A stretch of 64,000 bases of DNA, from positions 5,394,001 through 5,458,000 of the forward strand of contig OX597825.1 in the NCBI GenBank assembly GCA_951406725.2, written 5' to 3'. A model generated the notes under the pieces. The model was not told the DNA's origin and did no database searches. It saw nothing but the letters and a program-made list of their open reading frames with translations. Source of the stretch: Octopus vulgaris (lineage: Eukaryota). Below, one piece after another: positions 56,906 to 64,000 of the stretch. The position numbers and the translations under genes were made by a program. Positions within the stretch are counted from its first letter, which is position 1. Each line of letters opens with the position of its first letter.

Positions 56906-57260
56906 TTTTTACCTCGGCCTTCGCTAAGGCGGAGGTATTGTTTTCAGTCGCGTTTGTTTGTTTGTTTGTCCGTGGACAAAATATCTCAAGAACCGCTGGA
57001 TGGATTCGGATGAAACTTTCAGGCATATTTGGCCTCGCGACTGGCACGAAATGTTTACATTTTAGGATCGATCCGGTACTGGACAAGAATTCTGGATTAT
57101 TTTTCCTGTTCTCCACTTAATTTTTGAGAGCAGTCGGTTTCATTTTTAGTATTCTCGTTTGTGAGAGCTGTCGAGTTTATTTCAGATATTCTCATTTTAA
57201 AAATCATCTTTGGTTAATCATTGTGAGGACGTTGGTGGTGCCTTGGCGGAGATTATCTGT
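56906..57260 (+). mobile_element. Helentron-associated non-autonomous element (HINE/DINE-1-like)
   Basis: T-run, then acctcggcctt-cgct-aaggcggaggt hairpin, (GTTT)n microsatellite, and distal sub-TIR ccttggcggag. Confidence 0.65.
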
Positions 57261-57533
57261 CTATGTATATATGCGTCTAAGCTCGAACAAAAAAAGATTT
57301 CGTCTAAGTATTATCTTCCTTTCAACTTCTTCTTTTTCTTTCTCTTAACAGTTACAACAGCGAAAGCTGATTACGTCATTTTCTCTAAATTAGAACGTAT
57401 ATTTTCCACATTCATATTTGAAATTTTTGCGTTTCAATAATGCTTCTCTGATTTTACTCATTCTAGAATTTGATGGACAAACAGCGGTACGTAAACCGAC
57501 TCAAGAAATCTCTAGCGAGACGTTTAATTGACA

Positions 57534-57573
57534 TACCTGAAGAAACCCAGAACGGGTCGAAACATATGTTGTA
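57534..57573 (+). ncRNA. Minimal hammerhead-ribozyme motif
   Basis: tac CTGAAGA a accc agaac gggt c GAAA catatg TT gta; palindromic stem III AACATATGTT; followed by AATAAA. Confidence 0.65.
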
Positions 57574-57734
57574 CCCAATAAAGTCTATTACACATTCCAT
57601 CTCCTATTTTATTAATAGTGTTACCCCAAGCGCCACAACGAAGTCCCTGCAGCAAATCTACGAATAACAAGAGGTAATCGAAACTGTGCCGGTGTTTTAT
57701 TCATCATCCATTTATACATTTTGTACAATTTCTC

Positions 57735-57800
<66 letters not shown>

Positions 57801-57802
<2 letters not shown>

Positions 57803-57962
57803 GACGGGTTTCTTTCAGTTTCCGTCTTCCAAATCCACTCACAAGGCTTTGGTCAGCCCGAGGCTATAGTAGAAGACACTTGCCAAAGGTGCCACACAAT
57901 GGGACTGAATCCGGAACCATGTGGTTGGGAAGCAAGCTTCTTACCACACAGCCACTCCTGCA
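57801..57962 (-). mobile_element. SINE family B, 5' half
   Basis: acgacgggtttctttcagtttccgtc...accacacagccactcctgc. Confidence 0.9.
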
Positions 57963-58401
57963 TAAATGAAAATTCCTATAATATACTCCAGATGCTTAGC
58001 ATTCTTATGAATTTACAGGATAATAATTTGCTGAGTACACCGTAGATTCCTAGGCAGTTATTTTTGCCTCAGACTTGACGCCAGCGTTTAGTAGGTCCGT
58101 GCGATTGCTGGAGCATCAGTAAGGTGAAGTATTTGAAACCAGAATGAATAAGACGGGACCGCGTACGGTCAGATGTTTTGCTCGGTGCTTTTAAAATTCC
58201 ACCAATCCATCGAACTGGACACTGACTTTATTTATCGATCTCGCAAAGACGAAAGGCAATGTTGAGACAGGAGGCTTTTTATCTCTTAGTTAGCAAGAAA
58301 TATCAGTAGCCATGGCTCTTTTCGGAAACTCTAAGACAAGTGGATGTGGAAAATCGGTGTGTGTTTGTTTGTGGCGTTGTTAGCTAACTGCTAGTATATA
58401 T

Positions 58402-58471
<70 letters not shown>

Positions 58472-59733
58472 GCTCACACACACACGACGGACTCCCACTG
58501 TTTCCGCTAGCCAAATTTACTGAGAAAGGAAAGGTCGGCGAGAAGCTATAGCAGCAGAACTCACTTGTCCAAAGTACCGCACAAGTGAAATTAAATTACC
58601 TCCCCTTCAAATGCGTCATTAGCTGCGCATCTGTTTTACCAATAACTTCCTCTCAGACATTTCTAATTATTATCTTTTCGGTTGGTTCGCCTCTTCCTTA
58701 CAAATTAGAGACATTTTAACAATGTGAGAAAATTTATATATAATGATTGCATGGCAAGTATATTCTGTATATGCAACCACAACTCTGATGGATCAATCTT
58801 TAATCTTAAGAAAATATTGAAAATTCCTGTTTCAGAATATTTTGATAAAGATGCTGCTTTTATTATCCATTATGGATACCATAGTTGCTATGTCACGCCT
58901 CTCTCTGTCTCGGCTCTCCCCCCTATCTCTCTCTTTCTCTTTCTCCTCGGCTTTCATCTACTTCGATCACCTTCACTCCTTATCCTATCTTTGTCTATAA
59001 AACTTGCATTTAATTCAGTCTTCGTCGCATATGATTGAACAAGCAGTGACCTGACAGCCCCCAGGGTGTCCCTGATTTTCCTTGGCTCGAGTTGTCAGCT
59101 TTTAACATTAGTGCGTTCTGAATATTTGTTTTGTTTTTGACGATGCTGTTGTTGTTGTTGTTTTATTAATGGAACAAGGTTTCAATGAACTGATTGCTGA
59201 AAAACACCCAAAATCACTCGATAAACTATGAAGGTTAGACTATTTCAATATCAAATTAATTATTGTTATCAGCTGTTTTGAATGTGGCTTGAAGGAAACA
59301 ATAGCAATACATGTTGCACCATTCAGCATGGAAATAATTATCTTCCTGTGTATATGTCATGGCCGAATACAATAAACATTATCTAAACTTATTCCATTTG
59401 TTTAGCTTAATCAGCGATTAGGTTTGTGTCGAACAGCTACTGTCCTATGAAGGACATATCCGACAACATCAGCCGAGATAATGATGAACATCGATCCACG
59501 GCCTTCGTTTGACAAAGTACCAGTGCCAGGAACTAGCATAAAATACCAGTGCCAAGGACTACTACGTTATCTTATCGGCACAGAAAGGATGAAATGCAAC
59601 GTGAACCTCATCGAGATATCAATTCAGAAAATAAAGGGCCGAGTCACAAAACGCAACCCACCATCGTCCTAAAACGATGAAATGATAGACACCGGACAAC
59701 TTCAAATGAAGGAATAAGTGTGTGTGTGTCTGT

Positions 59734-59774
<41 letters not shown>

Positions 59775-60229
59775 TGTGTGTGTGTGTATTCGTCTGAGTG
59801 TGCGTGTACGTGCGTACCTACATGTTTCGTAATGTCATTGTATACATGGTGTAGGGTGTTTGAGAGATACATAATCGTCTGAGCAACAAATATTTCACTG
59901 AGACATTTCATTTCATGGTGGTCCTTGCCAAATATATTCGGATACAGACTTGATCTCCTTTGTTCTTTTTTTCTTTTTTGGTGGGTTAGCATATCTGAAA
60001 TGATACTCGGTTGGCATTCTCTCAGCTTTTATTTACCCTGTGACTATTCCATCTCTTTTCCGTTGGTATTTTTTAATGTTGAAACAGCTGGAAGTTAGGT
60101 TAACTCCAGCCACGTGATACCCATAGATGTGTTCTTTTTAGGTTGCGAGTGGGCAGCAAGCGATATTGGGTTTAATAATTACTTCTCCACTGTCACGCAG
60201 CATAATCTGTTCCTTATATAACTTTGGTA

Positions 60230-60370
60230 AGATGGTGGAATGGGAGAATCGTTTTTGCGCTGGACAAAATGCTTAGCAGCATTTCTTTCGGCTATTCATG
60301 TTCTGAGTTCAAATGCCACCGAGGTCGACATTGCTTTTCATCCTTTCAGGATCGATAAAATACGTATCAG
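60230..60370 (+). mobile_element. SINE family A (diverged; a similar copy lies at 43160-43365)
   Basis: gttctgagttcaaatgccaccgaggtcgacattgcttttcatcctttc. Confidence 0.75.
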
Positions 60371-61927
60371 TTGGAACATAAATTTCAGGCATTGTGCTAA
60401 TAGTAAAAAGTATTATATACCTATTGGGATTGATAATAGGAAGGCCAGGATCTTGGTATTGAGTTCAACACTTCTCAACCAGAGCTGCGATTTGACATTG
60501 TCTATTTCGTACCTGTTCATTTGTCTTTTTCCAGGTAATAATCAGGACGAGGCCTTGCTGATCATTGCTTTGATACAGTATTTTGTTTCCCCATTTGGTG
60601 GCTAGTTTTAGCTTTTGCACAATTTCTAAAATGTCCATTTAGGTCCAAGAAGCGAATGTGTTCATTGGAGATTAGACAACAAAATGGCTTCTATTTTAGA
60701 ACAAAATGGCTTCTGGTTTAGTGTCCGACTTTATTGAGAGTGATATTGGTTGTTGCTGTTGTTGTTGTTGTTATGGTTGTGGGGTTGGGTTGAACAAATA
60801 TTGCCTTATCGTTAAATTCGAATCGAGTGCAAAATAAACACTATTTGTGACCTGTTGCATCAAAACAGCACTTAACTGGTTTTTGTTAGTGAAAATTTAG
60901 TTCACCAATGTACTTTGCAATGCACCTCAAGGTTATCGTGTTATTCTTGTGTATTTTGTGTTGACAGCACAAAACTATTTCAAATTACTCTCTATCTAAA
61001 GGATAAGGATTATTTTTTTTTTTTTTTGATTTTATTATATTTTCTTTTTTGCAAATAAAAAATCATAACAACTGACCTTGCATTTTTTAACAATAAATGT
61101 TCCCACATTAACTGTTTACTTGAAAATAAAACAATACCACCACTATCACTACGACAGCCACAAATATGCAAGCGCTAAAAAGATTTACGAAACAACAACA
61201 GTATTTCTAATGTAAACACAAGATATTTTAACGAAATAATTCTTTTTTTTATTCACTAAATTCCCTGTAAATTTTCAGATAGGGATTAAATGATTTAAAT
61301 ATTAAATCTTATCGCTTTCACTTTTGGAATTAAGATTTAAAGTCTTGGAATTAGGATTTATATTTACGGAGCTACTGATACACGCCCACAAACGAACGAA
61401 ATACCTTGCTTTTTTTACTATACCTGTGCCTATGTGTATATATAAGTTGTGTGCTTCACGATTCCTAATTTAATATTTGCCACACAGGTATGACAGATTC
61501 CTACCGGTTTATCATACACTTGCAAGGATTTCAGTATGTTACACCACGCAATGCAAAACAAAATTAGATAGAAAAGCATTTGTCAACAACATACCTACAA
61601 TATACATAATTCCCTTCAAAATTAAACATGTATTGATGGCGACAATACCTATAATACAACACGATGCAAAAATAGATACACAGATAGCATAAACTAGCCA
61701 CAAACAAAAAGAGCAACTAGCGAGGAGTAATTCAATATGAACATTCTGGTACTAAAATCTTCACCAATCACATTACTGCTGCCTACTGTAAAGAGACAGC
61801 AATATGCACCAACATCACATCATCCTGAAGGTGCGCTTCAAAAGTGAAGAAATGCAGATTGTGGATTTAAGAAAAAAATTAACACATTTAAGAGATGAGA
61901 AATTATGTACATTATTCACATCATCTG

Positions 61928-62328
61928 CATTATTTACATTATTTACATTTGACGGATATTTGTCCTCATCTTGTTTGTTGTTAACACAACGTTTCGGCTG
62001 ATACACCCTCTAGCCTTTATCAGGTGTCTTGGGGAAATTTCGAACCTGGGTTCTCATACGCAAACTAAAAGAAGCAACACATATGCTAGAACACAACCTC
62101 CTAAGCAGACCGAGTGCAGATATGAGGAGTATATGGGAACCGGTATTAAGGAAGGAAAGGAATCCGAGTTCGATTTCAAGAAGTGACCTGAATAATAATG
62201 ATAATAATAATATCGAAAAATACTCAAGCCACCTGATGAAGGCTGGAGGGTATATCAACCGAAACGCTGTGTTAACAACAAACAAATTCAGGACAAATAT
62301 CCGTCAAATGTAAATAATGTAAATAATG
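61928..62328 (+). mobile_element. 5'-truncated Penelope-like element: inverted pLTR, GIY-YIG-like C-terminus, direct pLTR with hammerhead motif
   Basis: Arms 61928-62026 and 62230-62328 are reverse complements; the interior encodes RKLKEATHMLEHNLLSRPSADMRSIWEPVL; hammerhead cores at 62233-62273 (+) and 61983-62028 (-). Confidence 0.8.
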
Positions 62329-63011
62329 AAAATTAACTCAGTACAAAAATATGAAAAACCTTGATTTTAAAAAATGATAAACCTAGAACATAGTCACGTA
62401 TTCAACACATCTAGAAAAAGCTGTTCACAATATATACAAATACACACAAGCAAATAAATATATACATATATATATATACATATATAAATCTATATATATT
62501 GTAAATTATCACTATAAGATATATAGTATGTGTGTGTGTGCGCGCGCGTGCGAGCGTGTGCGTGTGACTGCATGGACGAAAGTACTTCCGTAGGCGTATA
62601 TCTTTCTAGGGGATATATTATGTCGAGCAATTTGAAGAGGTTTCCCTCGTGAAGCAATTTCGTAGAGTTGGATATAAAAGCGATCGCTTTTTTTTTCTTT
62701 TTCTTTCTTCTTCTTTTCGATATAGTTGTCCATTTTGATCAATCTTTTATTCAACACCTGACTGACAAATGGTTATAGAATGATATCGTCCTGTCTTTTT
62801 TTCTTCTTTTTTTTACTGCCTGTAAATGATATAGTTCTCGAAACAACATTATGCGGCAGAAGACATTGTAAAATCACATCTATGCCGTTCTATAATGTTT
62901 AGTTCTTTCCTTCTGTTCTTTCATTTTACAGCCGCCTGCACTTAGATTTAATGAATGTTTGTCGAGCTGGGGTTTTTTGTGAAAAGTACATTGCTAAGAC
63001 TAATTATAGTC

Positions 63012-63294
<283 letters not shown>

Positions 63295-63357
63295 GTATGC
63301 ATGTATCTATATAGAATAAGGAAACAATATAATTATTTTGCTTTTGATTTTGATTTT

Positions 63358-63535
63358 TATTTTTTCATATTTATTTCATCTAGATTCAGCTCACGAGCTG
63401 TGGCCATGCTGGGGCACCGCCATTTGGTGTTGCTACATGATTTTACTTCACGAATGCCTTTTAGCAATTGATATTTGGTGCATGAGAGAGTTTGATGCAG
63501 CAGCCCTCATCTGCACCTCCTGCCGCGAAGTTGAT
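63358..63535 (-). mobile_element. CR1/L2-group LINE 3' end
   Basis: rc translates TSRQEVQMRAAASNSLMHQISIAKRHS* (stop at 63448-63450), then 3'UTR ggcggtgccccagcatggcca-cagctc gt gagctg and an A-rich tail. Confidence 0.6.
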
Positions 63536-63815
63536 GTAAATTTGTTAAAAATGGTTTATCCTTTATGTCTGAAATCTATATGGTTATCTGCGTCTGAAGA
63601 GAGCGGTTTCTTTCAAATCGATGTAATGTTTCCATAGATCAACTAAATGGAGCCTCTTGAAACGGCCGTAATGTATTGACACCTATACATTCTTGTTACT
63701 TATTTACATCCTGTTCACCTAACATGGAGCTGTGCGGACTACACCAAAGCAACAATGTGCCTCAATTCAACTGAATCTTAATTATATGATATATGTGTGT
63801 GTGTTTGTGTGTGTA

Positions 63816-63865
<50 letters not shown>

Positions 63866-64000
63866 GACTCTGCCGTCAAAGACGACGTATGAACGTTGAG
63901 CTTTTTGTCGAATGACCTGCACAAATGATTTGTTTATAGAGATCAAGTGTATGTGCCGTGCATTAGCTCCCTCTATCAAATCAGCGTTACCTGAACAGGT

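Overview
Repeat-saturated, AT-rich eukaryotic (metazoan) non-coding DNA. The SINE families and extreme microsatellite load look like an octopus/cephalopod genome; this is an inference from recalled repeat families, not a database hit. No intact host gene is visible, and almost all ORFs in the track are microsatellite translation artefacts. Supportable content: (i) about 30 copies of three tRNA-derived SINE families; (ii) a 5'-truncated R4/Dong-clade RLE retrotransposon, plus a second Dong-like 3' end, stacked in one (TAA)n tract; (iii) RTE and CR1/L2-type LINE 3' ends; (iv) mariner/Tc1 remnants, a hAT MITE, a non-autonomous Helitron and a Helentron-type HINE. The most interesting signal is about 13 minimal type-I hammerhead-ribozyme motifs in 7 sequence families. 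They sit in short non-coding Penelope-like (pLTR) elements, usually next to (TA)n tracts. They include a perfect 138-bp palindrome with a complete hammerhead on both strands, two families with recurrent non-canonical cores (CCGACGA, CUGUNGA), and one copy still attached to a GIY-YIG-like C-terminus with an inverted pLTR.
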